Shown here in pieces: positions 39,834-53,297 of a DNA stretch of 64,000 bases. Position numbers and translations under genes: made by a program. The notes beneath the pieces are model-generated. The model was given only the letters and a program-made list of their open reading frames with translations, did not search any database and was not told where the DNA came from. The stretch's first letter is position 1. The number at the start of each line of letters is the position of its first letter. The DNA is from Octopus vulgaris (lineage: Eukaryota). The stretch is taken from assembly GCA_951406725.2 (NCBI GenBank), contig OX597826.1, positions 59,644,001 to 59,708,000 on the forward strand, given 5' to 3'.

Positions 39834-41072
39834 GTATACACATATATGTAATACGAACATATAAACATATATATGCATGTGTGACCTGTGTGTACGTGCG
39901 TGAGTGTCTATGTATGTATGTATGTGTGTAGTGAACAGACTTCCATATTACCCATACACAACGCATATTCAAGATGGCGTCATATGGTTAAAATATGGCG
40001 GATTACCAAATTGAAGTGAGGAAAGCAACCGAGTAGGCTCTATGTAAACAAGCTAATACGACTCGCTAAGAACTTACGCAAAGTGAGTATGGATGCTTGC
40101 TATCAAATAACAACGAAGCAGAAGAATATTTCAGAGTTAATTAAATTGCCATACAGTGGAATGCTATACTAACAAAACAAATATTTGATCGCGTTGAAGT
40201 CATATTATACCATTCTGAAAGGGTCACAATTTCAGTGTTAACGTGGATATATTTCATAGGAAATCGATTAAAAGATTAATAAAATCTGGTTTCGTTATTA
40301 AACTGCCTCAATGGTACAATTTCGAAAGGTGTTCATAAAGATTTAAAGAATTTCCGATGTTTTGGCGCTATATCGTATTTACTGCGTAATCATTTGTAGA
40401 TACAAATGTTGAAAATGTCGAAATTTCGTTTCTATTATCATTTATTAGTTTCAGTCATTGGATTGCGGTCATGCTGGAGCACAGCATTCAAATCGCCCTC
40501 TGTACTCGGTTTTCATCGCTAGTAGAACATGGGTGAACGCGTAGTTGATAGGGACTAGAAGTATGCATGTACGTATGTATGTGTATATGTATTATGCATG
40601 TATGTATGTATGTATGTATGTATGTATGTATGTATGTATTATGTATGTATGTACGTATGTATGTATGTATGTATGTATGTATGTATGTATGTATGTATGT
40701 ATGCATGCATGCATGTATGTATGTACGCACCTACGTGTGTGTGCATGCGCGTGTGTGAGAATATGTCTGTGTGTGTCTCGAGGTACGTATTTATGTTACG
40801 TGAGAAAATAATTTTAATCAAATGATTAGTCATAAAATCAAATTTTGACATAATTACTAAAAATGTAGATATTTTTGTTTTAATTACTGTATTTTAGATT
40901 CTAAATTTCTGAAATGCTGCTGCTTTAATAAGATTCCAAACTTCTTTAATTTCCAAGTATATATTGTCAATATTTATATATGCGCAAAATTTAGATTGGT
41001 TTTAGCACAGTCCGAATTTTGTTCGTATACTGCGTTATGTACTGGACTAGTTTTAAACTGGCATATATTATC

Positions 41073-41441
41073 TCTATATCTATAAACGGCAAAATGTCTG
41101 TGTATATGTGTGTCTGTGTGTCCTTTATACAAATTCACAGTTTTTCAAGTAAAAGGCTCGCATTTTCTATGGGCTTTCAAAACTGTCTGAGGGTGGTCGT
41201 GAAGATCTTTTCATTTCCCCACTCACCCCAGAAAGCCATTAAAAAAATCGGGCATTGCCGAACTCCAATGAATATTAATTACTCTCATAAAACGCTCCAA
41301 CTAGCTCAAAAACAACAAAACTGGCCCGGGCTGAAATGTGATAAGAAACTTAGCTCTTGATTTAGTGAGAAAGTTTTACTGCGACCCGGCAATGCACAAG
41401 CACTAGCACTAGACCCGGATACGCCGGGTCATAATGTTAGT
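41073..41441 (+). mobile_element. Non-autonomous Helitron-like element
   Basis: 5' TCtatatctataaacggc with a short GTCT/GTGT tract; 3' GC hairpin gacccgg-atacg-ccgggtc followed by ataatgTTAGt (CTAG variant). Confidence 0.7.
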
Positions 41442-42115
41442 TCCTTAACTAAATGTAATAACGCTCATGGGGACGGATTTGTAGCTCATTGTTACATATT
41501 AAAAAAATTTAATTTCAAACTTCGTAGAACATGCACGTAAATCTTGGAATCTCAATATTATAGAGTTGCTTTTTGGTAAAATAATAAATCGTTAGTCGTG
41601 CGCATGATAAGTTACGAAAAATAGCGATGATGACAGTGAACATTTCTGCGATTATTGTATTTATCAATATTGAGTCAATTCTATGTTGCTTTTCAAAAGA
41701 GAAAAAGAAACAAAAGCTACTTTACTCTTCATTGATATATTAAACCAAGATAATATTTTCTATCATTAAAGATGACACAACACCATCTATTATGCAAATT
41801 GTTGATCCCAAGGAGTACAAGACTTCAAGGTTCAATGCAAAGAACCGCAGAGTATCATTTTTATATTCTACACAATTAATGAACTGTTTTTCATCGAAAT
41901 AATGGAGAAAGTTTTGGAAAGTAACATGGATGAGACAAACTTCATTGTTTAATGTCATAATCTTTTCGTGAGTGACTTGTGTAAACTGTTGGTTTCCATA
42001 TTGTAAAAGCAACATTACTATACGATTGACGAACGCCGGCCGCATTTTGTGTAAACTTTAATGTCCCTCTTCTAATTGACGTCATTATATATATATGCAA
42101 CACACATATATACAT

Positions 42116-42172
<57 letters not shown>

Positions 42173-42182
42173 TATACACAAA

Positions 42183-42383
42183 TGCGCCCAGACGCCATGA
42201 TAGATCGTTAGCCACTACACACATTTTTTTTCTCTCCTTGTTTTCTGTGTCCCTTTCTGTAGAAGAGCGTAGACTCGAAACGTAAAAGACTTTTTCTATT
42301 CCTGAGCGTTATACTATTACATCTGTTTGTTGTCTACACCACCTGTCTTCGACTTTTGTTTTTTTTTTCGTAAACTTCCCCCA
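42183..42383 (+). mobile_element. Subfamily-1 short element with hammerhead-like motif (42253-42290)
   Basis: cttt-CTGTAGA-a-GAGC-gtag-ACTC-GAAACGTA-aaag, flanked by TA-rich tracts. Confidence 0.7.
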
Positions 42384-42393
42384 TATACATATA

Positions 42394-42797
42394 TACTCTT
42401 TACTCTCTTTTACTCTTTTACTTGTTTCAGTCATTTGACTGCGGCCATGCTGGAGCACCGCCTCTAGTCGAGCAAATCGACCCCAGGACTTATTCTTTGT
42501 AAGGCCAGTACTTATTCTATCGTTCTCTTTTGCCGAACCGCTAAGTGACGGGGACGTAAACACACCAGCATCGGTTGTCAAGCAATGCTAGGGGGGCAAA
42601 CACAGACACACAAACACATACATATATATATACGACAGGCTTCTTTCAGTTTCCGTCTACCAAATCCACTCATAAGGCATTGGTCGGCCCGGGGCTATAG
42701 CAGAAGACACTTGCCCAAGATGCCACGCAGTGGGACTGAACCCGGAACCATGTGGTTGGTTAGCAAGCTACTTACCACACAGCCACTCCTGCGCCTA
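42394..42797 (-). mobile_element. SINE family A, full length
   Basis: Collinear with 38247-38659. Confidence 0.93.
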
Positions 42798-42886
<89 letters not shown>

Positions 42887-42887
<1 letters not shown>

Positions 42888-43730
42888 TAGCAGAATTGCC
42901 CGGCGTTGCTCGGGGCTGAATTGCTTGAAAGTACTGTTAATGATTGCACTGAATTATGATGATTATTCAGGCAAATATTGAAATAAGCTTACGGTGGGAG
43001 ATAAGGACTTAACGCCAAACGTGTGCCATTGCATTGTTTTGGGGGAACCAAATTTCTGATGAGCATTATAGGGGCACTAACTTTAAGTTTGAGAAAGTGT
43101 GGTGGTAGTCCGGGGTGCTCAAAGGAATTGAGTACCCCTATTGGATAGTTGATGACGTCCTCTGGGTCAGGAGTTGTATCGATAGACTGATATACATCGA
43201 CTTCCCCAGGAATGAGTTTTAGCATTTCATCATTAATATGGTGAACAGTTTTATTCCTCGGGGCCAGTATAGCCTTTTTGCCAATCCAATCCATATTCTG
43301 ATAATTAGCTTGTAAATCTGGGAACACTGCATCTCTGAGATCAGAAGGCGTCTTAACAATGGTACAAATGGAATCGATGGCAATATTACCATTTTCATCC
43401 CCTGGTATTTTGCCATCGCCAAGTGCAAGGAGAGTGTGAGGAAATGCTGGTGATGTGATATTACGTCGCATATGAGCACGCATATTGGTGTGAAGTTTGA
43501 GAGTTACTTCCGTTTATTTTAAAAAATATGCATTAAAATGGAAAAAAATGATGGTAAATTATTTGTAAAATCATAGACTCATCGTAGACGCGCGCTAATA
43601 CCCAGAAGGGCTCGATATGAATCACGACTATAAGATACCCGGTTTTGGTTAAACTGCATCGCAAAATGTGGGAGTAGTTAGGAATCTAAATCGGAGTAGA
43701 CAGACACACAACCTTTCTTTTATATATAAA
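42887..43730 (-). mobile_element. Internally deleted Helitron carrying a PIF1 helicase fragment
   Basis: The minus-strand 3' end is the hairpin cccgagcaacgccggg plus CTAG followed by T. The 5' region is shared with the 52902 and 53298 copies. Confidence 0.92.
43010..43500 (-). pseudogene. Helitron RepHel PIF1-like helicase fragment
   Basis: LLALGDG...AILAPRNKTVHHIN...YPIGVLNSFEHPGLPPHFLKLKVSAPIMLIRNLVPPKQCNGTRL, the typical Helitron helicase motif region. Confidence 0.92.
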
Positions 43731-43747
43731 TACATACATACACACAC

Positions 43748-43779
<32 letters not shown>

Positions 43780-43799
43780 ACATGCATACATACATATAC

Positions 43800-44393
43800 A
43801 CATAAACCGAGTAAAAAATTTCAGTTATCTCTCTCTTTCACACATTACTCTCTCTGTCTCTCTTCACACACACTAACAGAAGCACTTCACTTACACAACA
43901 TACTGTCTGTCTCCCACACTCCATCAAACACACACACACACACACATGTACATCAATGAGTCCCATGCACGGTAACTTGAAAGGAACTTCCCTCGTCATA
44001 CAATCGCTTTCTCTTAGTCTCTTTCGCTCTCATTACTTATGTAAAAAAATAAAAGTTTTTTCTATGTGTGTAAAGAGGAAGTGGGAATCAGAGTGAAAGA
44101 ATCACTCACTACAGTAAGTGAATTGCTTTCATTTTATTCCTTGCCCACTGTGTGTGTGCGTTTGCGTGTGGTGTAAACCAGACTAAGAAAAGCATTTGAC
44201 ACACACACCAGAATGTGAGTTTTCTGTAAATTTTGCTTAACTGGAGTTTAAATTTTAAAAACTGGACCTGGCATGACGCGATGCATTGTACTCTTAAAAC
44301 TGCTAGGTAAATTGTAATTGAAGAAATCCTATATTGTAGATTTGTATAACTCCCAAAGGGAGGCAGATAAAATCTGCCTTTTATAATAAGAGA
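43800..44393 (-). mobile_element. Second Helitron-like 5' segment
   Basis: The minus strand begins A|TCtcttattataaaagg with a subterminal inverted repeat aggcagat-aaa-atctgcct (44361-44379). I see no 3' CTAG end of its own. Confidence 0.5.
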
Positions 44394-44846
44394 TATGTGT
44401 GTGTGTATCAGGATTGACTCTTTCCACTTAGTTTAAAACTGCGGATTAAAAGTGTAAAATTGAAATGAGTTTATCCACTATGGTATAAATTATGTATTTA
44501 TGCATACACATACACACGCACACACACATACAAACACACATACACACACAAGCACACACACACAAACGCACGCGCACGCACACATACACACAAACATATA
44601 TAAACATTATACTGTGTAAATTAACGCTTATTTTACCGTAAGTACCGAATAAGTACAGTCGAGGAGCTATGATAACACGGCGGGACTTACTTTCCAGACT
44701 AACAGTATATTTTTCTTACATTTAAATCCGTGTATGAATTTACCCATACAGCCATGCGTAGACGCAAATACACCTTTGTATGTATGTATGTATGTATGTA
44801 TGTATGTATGTATGTATGTATGTATGTATGTATGTATGTATGTATG

Positions 44847-44909
<63 letters not shown>

Positions 44910-46109
44910 GTGTCTATGTATGTATGCATGTATGAGTGTATATGTATGTATCTATTTATCTATCTATCTATCAAACCATCTATCTGCCTGTGTGTATGTG
45001 TGTGTATGTATCTATGTATACAATTGTATATACACACGTCTCTGACTATATATACGCAGGCACATAAATATAAACATACATACAAGAAGATATATATGAA
45101 TGAGAGTGTATTGATGTGTGTTCCTGTACTAATTGGATTCTCGTATATGCAACAATATATCCCTGGCGTATTTGAAATCGTTTTGAGCAAAGACTGGAGG
45201 GAAAACAATAAGTAAAATTAATTATATGAAAACACCAAAATATTTTCTACCACCAGCAACGCAACCACAACCAATACCACCACCATTACCACCATCACCA
45301 TCACCATCATTACTACCGCACGAGCCTGTACCACTACAAGAACTTGTAACTTCACCAACATCAAACACTGTCTTCACTAACACAGCACTTTAAAACGGCG
45401 ATTTTAATTCCTTCAAAAACTCACAGTCGAGCGTGAGTGGAATAATATTAAATGCGAGTTTCAGGTTTGTAAAGGATCTTTGTACGTATGTGTGTGTGTA
45501 TGTGTGTGTGTGAGAGAGAGAATACTGCTACCTATATATATATAGAGAGAGAGAGCTGAGAGAAAGAGAGAGGGATACACACATATATATGTATACACAT
45601 ACACACACACACACACATATATATAGAGAGAGAGATACATACATATATATATATTTATTTATATATGTATATATATATGTATGTATTTATATATGCATAT
45701 ATATGTATGTATTTATATATGTATATATATATATACATATGTATATATATTTATATATGTATATATATGTATGTATGTATTTATATATGTATATATATGT
45801 ATATTCAAATCAGTTCTTGATTTTCTAAGTTCAGGTGAGTGTGTTTTATACATTTTTTTTCTATATTAAAAGGTAAACATTTCAAATTGCCAATATACTC
45901 AATTTATAATTAGTCTGAGAATTGAAAAAAAAACAACAAAAAACACATTTGACGTAATTTGAGACGTCTTTTCATTGTTATCCAATCAGCCAGAGTTGAA
46001 GAATATACACGCACACGCATACAAGCGGACGCAAACGTACGCACCCGCGTATGCACACACGCACACACACACACAAACAGACACATATATATATACAGAA
46101 ATACGTATA

Positions 46110-46141
<32 letters not shown>

Positions 46142-46152
46142 CTATTCACACG

Positions 46153-46183
<31 letters not shown>

Positions 46184-47471
46184 GTATATATAATGTGTAT
46201 ATATATACGTGTGTGTGTATATATGTATGTATATATATATGTGCATGATACATACACACATACACTACATACAACCACATAAGTATTTATGTATATATTA
46301 GAAACTACAGTCTAGTAACTGAAACAAGTAAAAGATGAAAAAAATTGAATATCAACACTGACTGTTTTCTTCTGTATATGTTATTATTTACTTTTAATAT
46401 CTGCAGTCAGCTCTCTCGTTCTCTCCTCCTCCTTTCGCTCTCCTGTCACGTATGTCTACTTCAGTCTCACCTTCTTGCCATAGACGACTGGAGCAATGAC
46501 TATTCGTACTTGGTTCCTTTATACTCTTGCTTATTCCCTTTTTGCACTTACGTATTTCTTTGCATCAATAATCTTACATCACAGTCTATTTGTTGCTCTT
46601 CTTGTTTCATCACATGTCCGCTCCCATGATATAAACCAATAACCAAAGCTATTTCAGTTGTCAATGAACCAAATGTATCGTTACACACTTTTGCCTTAGA
46701 CACAAGCGTAATAATTTCATACAAAATGGCGTTTTGTTTCAAGCATATCATATGACTACATAAATGTGCACTTTTGGCTTTTTCGTTGTTTCTTGATTCA
46801 AAGGCGGAGATAATTTTAATAAATCAAAGACTTACGTTGTATCTTACCTGATATACATGTATTTGTCTTTGTCGTATGACTACTTGCCACTAAAACATCG
46901 GACTTATTTTCATATATAATAATAAATTTCCTTAAAAAATTTATGTAAATTACCTAGAATATAAGAGTGTTATATATGTCTATAAGTGTGTTGTATATGT
47001 CTATGCTTCCTGGGTACTGGACATAAGTTTGTGCAAAAGTCAGTCTTATGTCGCCTACCGCCCACGAAACACGTCTCAAATATGACTCTCTGTCCTCAGA
47101 ACCCGCCATTTACTTTATGGCATTTCAATTTGGAGAGTACTTCGTTCTTGAGATTACTTGCAAGTTTCGTATGGAACTGTATTTAATTACTTGGTTGTGA
47201 TACATCATCAAGGGTCGAAAGTTATTTTAATAAATCATTCCCTTAATGTTGTATGGTATTTGATACGTCCATATTTCTCTGTTGTTCATTAGCACGACGT
47301 TGTACGCTTTGAGGTGTTACTCTGTATCTAATGCTTGTTCGATCGCCCGTTATACTTTAGTTAATTGGAGAGGTGAAAGTGGAGTGAGTGAGAGATGGCG
47401 TAAGAGTGAGAAGGAGACAGACAGAGGGAGGAGTGAGAGAAAGATTAGAGAAGAAAAAAGAGAGTATATTC

Positions 47472-47650
47472 TTTTCTACTCTAGGCTCAAGACCCGAAAT
47501 TTTTTTTTGGGGGGGGGGCCTCTCGATTAGATCGACTCCAGTACGTAAGTGATACTTAATTTATCGACCTTGAGAGGATGAAAGGCAAAGTTGACCTCGG
47601 CAGAATTTGAACTCAGAACGTAGCGGCAGATGAAATATCTATTTCTTTAC
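47472..47650 (-). mobile_element. SINE family B unit, ending at the multimer junction
   Basis: tctactctaggctcaagacccgaaattt...gaactcagaacgtagcggcagatgaaatatctatttctttac. Confidence 0.88.
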
Positions 47651-48365
47651 GGAAATGGAGGCTCTAATCTATGCTGCCCAAGAGCAAACACTAAGAGCAA
47701 ACTACATAAAATACAGAATAGACAACCCGTCAGAATGTGATAAGTGCAGAATCTGTGGACAAAATGGTGAAACCGTGTGGCATATTACCAGCCTATGTTC
47801 GTCACTAGCCCAAAAGCAATATAAAAGACACCAGGGCAGTATAGCAAGTATTGTCCATTGGACAATTTGCAACTAGTATGGACTCGACAGAGAAAAATTG
47901 GTACGACCACAAACCCAAAGGCATCATTGAAAATGATAATTCAAAGTTCCTGTGGAATTTTATGATTCAGTGCGACTATGAGATTGAGAATAGAAAGCCA
48001 GACATAGTGTTAATTGAGAAAGAAAATATACTATGCTGGATCATAGATGTAGCATGCGCAGCTGACAACAAGGTATGTGATAAGGAAGAAAGAAATATTG
48101 ATATGACAGATTAGCTTGGGACGTTAAGCAGTTGAGGTCGAAGAAAAAGGTGGTAGTAGTACCAATAATTGTCGGAGCCCTGGGGACAGTGAGTGAAAAT
48201 TTTGAGAAATACATGGAACAAATTGGGGCTGCAGAATACAGCACTGCTTGGAACCCTTGGAATACTCTGGAAGGTGCTCGAAAAATAAGATGTGTGACTT
48301 TAGTTCACTGGTAGGGAACAGCTGACACTGTAGTACATCTCCATCGATAGAAGCTGTGCAAAGGC

Positions 48366-48366
<1 letters not shown>
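47651..48366 (+). mobile_element. 5'-truncated R4/Dong-clade LINE: CCHC knuckle, PD-(D/E)xK restriction-like endonuclease and 3' UTR
   Basis: AAQEQTL...CRICGQNGETVWHITSLC...LWNFMIQCD...RKPDIVLIEK...CWIIDVAC...VVPIIVGALG, ending in (TAA)n. Confidence 0.92.
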
Positions 48367-48580
<214 letters not shown>

Positions 48581-49413
48581 TAGTTCTTTCTTATTTTGGC
48601 ACTGGGCCAGTAGTTTTTGAGGGAGAAGTGATGCTAATTATACTAAACAATAACAAAATGCCTCGTTAAAAATAACTCTAGTTTGCTCATAGGAGCAACA
48701 GGTGTTAAGACAATTACAGTGTTTTACTATATATATATATTATAGACAAGTGTTTTCTGGAGGTATTTAGTGATGGTATCGATAGTGATGTTATAAGGAT
48801 CGTGCCAATAGGGAGGGGGTGATTAGGGAAAATGATGTCGCAATGGATGAAGTAGAAGGGAATATAACGAACACAGGAAGAAGAATAATGATGATGATGA
48901 TGATGAAGGTAGTGATTTTGATGGTGGCAGTGGCGGTGATGGCAGCGGTTTTGGTGGTGGTGGTGGAGGTGGTTGTGTGTTCGCAGCGGTGTTAGTGATG
49001 CGTTAGTGTGTTTTCTTTAGGCAGCTGGCATATTTTGAAAATTACCTTCCTTTTTTTTTATATTTTTTTCTTACTTCAGAAAACCACTTCCTAGTCTGAT
49101 GCTCATAACATCTGCTTAACAGATCTGCTGAACCAGATGCCTTTACCAAAATATTCTTCCATTTGAAGAGAACCACATGTCACTGTTTACTTTCGGTAAT
49201 TGTTATTGCTGTTACCATAATATATATATATGCTGAAAACGGAAGCTGATATTTCCACTGAAATAGAAGATATTATATATGTGAATGTTTAGGACGTTAC
49301 TGTTGCTGTTAATTGTTGTTATGGGTGCTGCTGTCGTTTAGACCCAAGTCAGTCCCAATGAAACCAACATGTCATGGAAGGGTTTCAATCGTGACCATGC
49401 AATCGTTTAATTT

Positions 49414-49975
49414 TCCGGCACGTGCAAAATGCTTAGCGATATTTCGTCTGCCGTTACGTTCTGAGTTCAAATTCCGCCGAGGTCGACTTTGCCTTTCATC
49501 CTTTCAGGGTCGATTAATTAAGTACCAGTTACGCACTGGGGTCGATATTATCGACTTAATCCGTTTGTCTGTCCTTGTTTGTCCTCTCTATGTTTAGCCC
49601 CTTGTGGTTAGTAAAAGAAGTAGGTATTTCATGTACCATTACGTTGTGAGTTCAAATTCCGCCGAGGTCGACTTTGCCTTTCATCCTTTCGGGGTGGATA
49701 AATTAAGTACTAGTTACGCACTGGGGTCGATATAATGGACTTAATCCGTTTGTCTGTCCTTGTTTGTCCTCTCTGTGTTTAGCCCCTTGTGTGTAGTAAA
49801 GAAATAGGTATTTCATCTGCCGCTACGTTCTGAGTTCAAATTCCGCCGAGGTACACTTTGCCTTTCATTCTCTCGTGGTCGATAAATTAAGTGTCAGTTG
49901 CATACTGGGGTCGATCTAATCGACTGGCCATAACTCCGCCAAAATTTCGGCTCTTGTGCCTAGAGTAGAAAAGAA
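49414..49975 (+). mobile_element. SINE family B, head-to-tail trimer (~185-bp units)
   Basis: Three copies of gagttcaaattccgccgaggt at ~49463, ~49648 and ~49832. Confidence 0.92.
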
Positions 49976-50189
49976 AATGTACAGCCCATTTAAATGCTCA
50001 AAATACACATGAAAGACGAATTAAGCTCGGAAACATTCCAACTGTGGACGTAAAGAACCAGAGTAAATAACGTAAGCCCTTTCGTCTGATCCCTAACGAT
50101 TCTTCTAATGCATCATATATTAATGATTTTTTATTTTGACACACGACTACCAATTTTGAGGAGTAAGAGATGCAATCTATCCCAGTACT

Positions 50190-50416
50190 TACTCTTTACT
50201 CTTTTACTCTTTTACTTGTTTCAGTCAGTTGACTGCGGCCATCCTGGAGCACCGCCTTTAGTCGAGCAGCTCGACTCCAGGACTTATTCTTTGTAAGCCC
50301 AGTACTTATTCTATCGGTCTCTTTTGCCAAACCGCTAAGTGACGAGGACGTAAACACACCAGCATCGGTTGTCAAGCGATGTTGGGGGGACAAACACAGA
50401 CACACAAACATACACG

Positions 50417-50456
<40 letters not shown>

Positions 50457-50619
50457 CGACGGGCTTCTTTCAGTTTCCGTCTATCAAATCCACTCACAAG
50501 GCTTTGGTTTGCCCGGGCTATAGCAGAAGACACTTGCCCAAGATGCCACGCAGTGGGACTGAACCCGGAACTATGTGGTTGGTAAGCAAGCAACTTACCA
50601 CACAGCCACTCCTGCGCCT
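50190..50619 (-). mobile_element. SINE family A, full length
   Basis: Collinear with the other copies. Confidence 0.93.
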
Positions 50620-50639
50620 TAATGAAAATTCTTTTCTTT

Positions 50640-51210
50640 TTATGGAGTCAACTAATGAATGCAAGGCAAAGGAAATCTGAGTGGGATTTGAACACATTAC
50701 TTAAGGAGCTGGGACAAATATTTCGTGGCATATTTTCACAGACTCTATGAATTCTGCCTGTTCACTAATAATGGTTTCAAATTTTGGCACTGAGCCAACA
50801 ATTTCGGGCGAGAGAGTAGGTCGATAATATCGACTCCAATGCGCAACCGGTTCTTATTTCATCGACCCCGAATGGTTGAAAGTCAAAGTCATCCGAGGCA
50901 GAACCTGAAGTCAGAACGTAAAAATGGCCGAAATATCGCTAAGCTTTATACCCAGCGTGGTGACGATTCTTCCAGCTCCACGCCTTTGATAATAATACTT
51001 TCTACTCTAAGAACAACACCTGAAATTTTAGGGGAGGGACACAGTCGATCACATTGACCCCAGTGTTCGTCTGGTACTTAATTTATCGATGCCTAAAGGA
51101 TGTAAGAAAAGTCGAACTCGGTGGAATTTGAAGTCGGAACAAAAAAACCAGTGAAATGACGATAAGAATTTTGCTCAGCACGGTAACGATTCTGCCTGCT
51201 CGCTGCCTTC
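50640..51210 (-). mobile_element. Cluster of two to three diverged SINE family B copies
   Basis: atcgaccccgaatggttgaaagtcaaagtc and ctggtacttaatttatcgat...gtcgaactcggtggaatttgaa. Confidence 0.75.
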
Positions 51211-51411
51211 ACTAATAATGCTAATTATGTTCGTCAGTTTGTGGAAGAAAGATTCTATTTGGTGGTATTCTAAGAAATATAAAACCTTTATGTAAACAAT
51301 TTTCCAAGCTGTTGTGCAAACGATATGTTTGTGAAATCAAATTCATATAACAGGTTTCTTAGTAAGTATGAACAGGAGAGAAAAAATAAATGTTAAACGA
51401 TATAAAGTGAT

Positions 51412-51810
51412 ACGTATGTATGTATGTAAGTATGTATGTATGTATGCTTGTCTATATGTATGTATGTACATACGTACTTATGTATGTATGTATGTATGTG
51501 TGTATGTATGTATGTACGTACGTACGTGCGTATGTATGTACCTATGTACATATGTATGTATGTATGTATGTATGTACGTATGTACGTATGTTTGTATGTA
51601 TGTATGCATGCATGTGTGTACATACGTATTTATGGATGTATGTATGCATGCATGTGTGTACATACGTATTTATGGATGTATGTGTGTATGTATGTGTGTA
51701 CGTACGTATTTATGTATGTATGTATGTATGTATGTATGTATGTATGCATGTATGTATGTATGTATGTATGTATGTATGTATGAATGTATGTATGTGTGTG
51801 AGTGTGTATA
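51412..51810. repeat. Degenerate (TATG)n tract
   Basis: Directly visible. Confidence 0.9.
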
Positions 51811-52258
51811 GACCTGTTTTTCTAAACCCGACGCTTGTCAACTGGTGTTGGTTTGTTTGGGTTTCCATATGTTGGCAGTTCGGAAGCCCAGAGAATAAAT
51901 ACTAAATTAAAAAAATTAAATAAAGTGATCGATCAATTTGGGTAAGCATTTCTCTTGATACCTGATCAGATAGGTTCGTCCTAGAAGCCTAGGAAATATT
52001 AAGTCGTATATATTATCAAATAATATAATATGTGTGTGTGTCCAAAATTAGGGAATGGAGTAGATAAAATCCAGGCGAAACATGTTTCATATCTAGCGAT
52101 AGCTCGGAATTAGTATTTATCCAAAAGGGGGTAGAATAGAAGCTATTCGTCTGACTAAGGATAGCTTGATTACATGAAGTTTACATTGCCGTTAGGAGAT
52201 CCGGTGTTAACTCGCAAGGGATTCGGCCGAAATGTTAAATGTATGTATATATATATAT

Positions 52259-52326
<68 letters not shown>

Positions 52327-52592
52327 AGCCAGTGAACAGGAATGACGATGCCGGTTTGACTTTGAATCTCTTTAACAAATCAAAATAATGATTTTAATTC
52401 CTTTTTATTCTACCTCAGTTCATCTAATTGTATTTATTTATCGCTACATTTCATAAAAAAAACCTTTATCTTTTTTTAATATTCAATGTGTATTTTCGCT
52501 TTTTTCTTCTTACTTTTCCCATATCTTTTCCACGGGTAGTTTCTATTTTCCTTTTGAAACATATTTCTGCAAATATGTATATATATATATAT

Positions 52593-52885
52593 CACGTGAT
52601 CGCGTGACCGACCAGACCATCAGATGTTGTTACACATCGCTGGTCACAATGCGTTCGCATTGTTTTAGCCTTCGAATGACGCCACCCCGCTGGCTAAGCG
52701 AGCAGGCCAACAGAAGAAAGAGTGGGAGAAAGAGTGGTGAAAGAGTACAGCAAGGATCACCCCCCCCCCCCCGCTGCCGGAGCCTCGTGTAGCTTTTAGG
52801 TGTTTTCGCTCAATAAACACTCACAACGCTCGGTCTGGGAATCGAAACCGCGATCCTGCGACCGCGAGTCCGCTGCCCTAACCAC
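52593..52885 (-). mobile_element. SINE family C head and body with an alternative 3' tail
   Basis: Shares aggtgttttcgctcaataaacactcacaacg...gagtccgctgccctaaccact with the 22135 copy; the tail is unrelated. Confidence 0.85.
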
Positions 52886-52901
52886 TATATATATATATAT
52901 A

Positions 52902-53297
52902 CTAGCAGTATCGCCCGGCGTTGCTCGGGTTTGTAAGGGAAATAACTATATAAGCATTTTTAGAGAGTTATAGCCAAAAAATAGCAAAAGAATGCATTCA
53001 AAATGGAAAAAAATGATGGTAAATTTTTTAAAAATCGTTGACTCATCGTAGACATTTTTAAAGAGTTACTTCCCTTATATAATAGCGAAAAAAATATATT
53101 AAAATGGGAAAAAAATGATGGTAATTTTTTTTAAAAATCGTAGACTCATTGTAGACGCGCGCTAATACCCAGAAGGGCTCGATATGAATCACGACTATAA
53201 GATACCCGGTTTTGGTTAAACTGCACCGCAAAATGTGGGAGTAGTTAGGAATCTAAATCGTAGAAGACAGACACACAACTTGACTTTTATATATATA
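52902..53297 (-). mobile_element. Non-autonomous Helitron, tandem copy 1
   Basis: CTAG plus the hairpin cccggcgttgctcggg at the left end; 5' region shared with 43560-43730. Confidence 0.9.

Noticed and set aside
42989-43483. Host PIF1 helicase gene
   Set aside because: The fragment is enclosed by Helitron termini and lacks the rest of the helicase.
46600-47350. Complex sequence that might be an old DNA transposon or exon (similar at 24240-24720, 41450-41950 and 62640-63240)
   Set aside because: I could not identify a motif, terminal repeat or sustained reading frame.
49414-49975. Regularly spaced repeats suggesting a CRISPR array
   Set aside because: Whole ~185-bp units repeat with no unique spacers, the context is eukaryotic, and there are no cas genes.
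52180-52242. Possible further ribozyme-like hairpin ending in ccgaaatgttaaatg
   Set aside because: No CUGANGA-like core could be placed.
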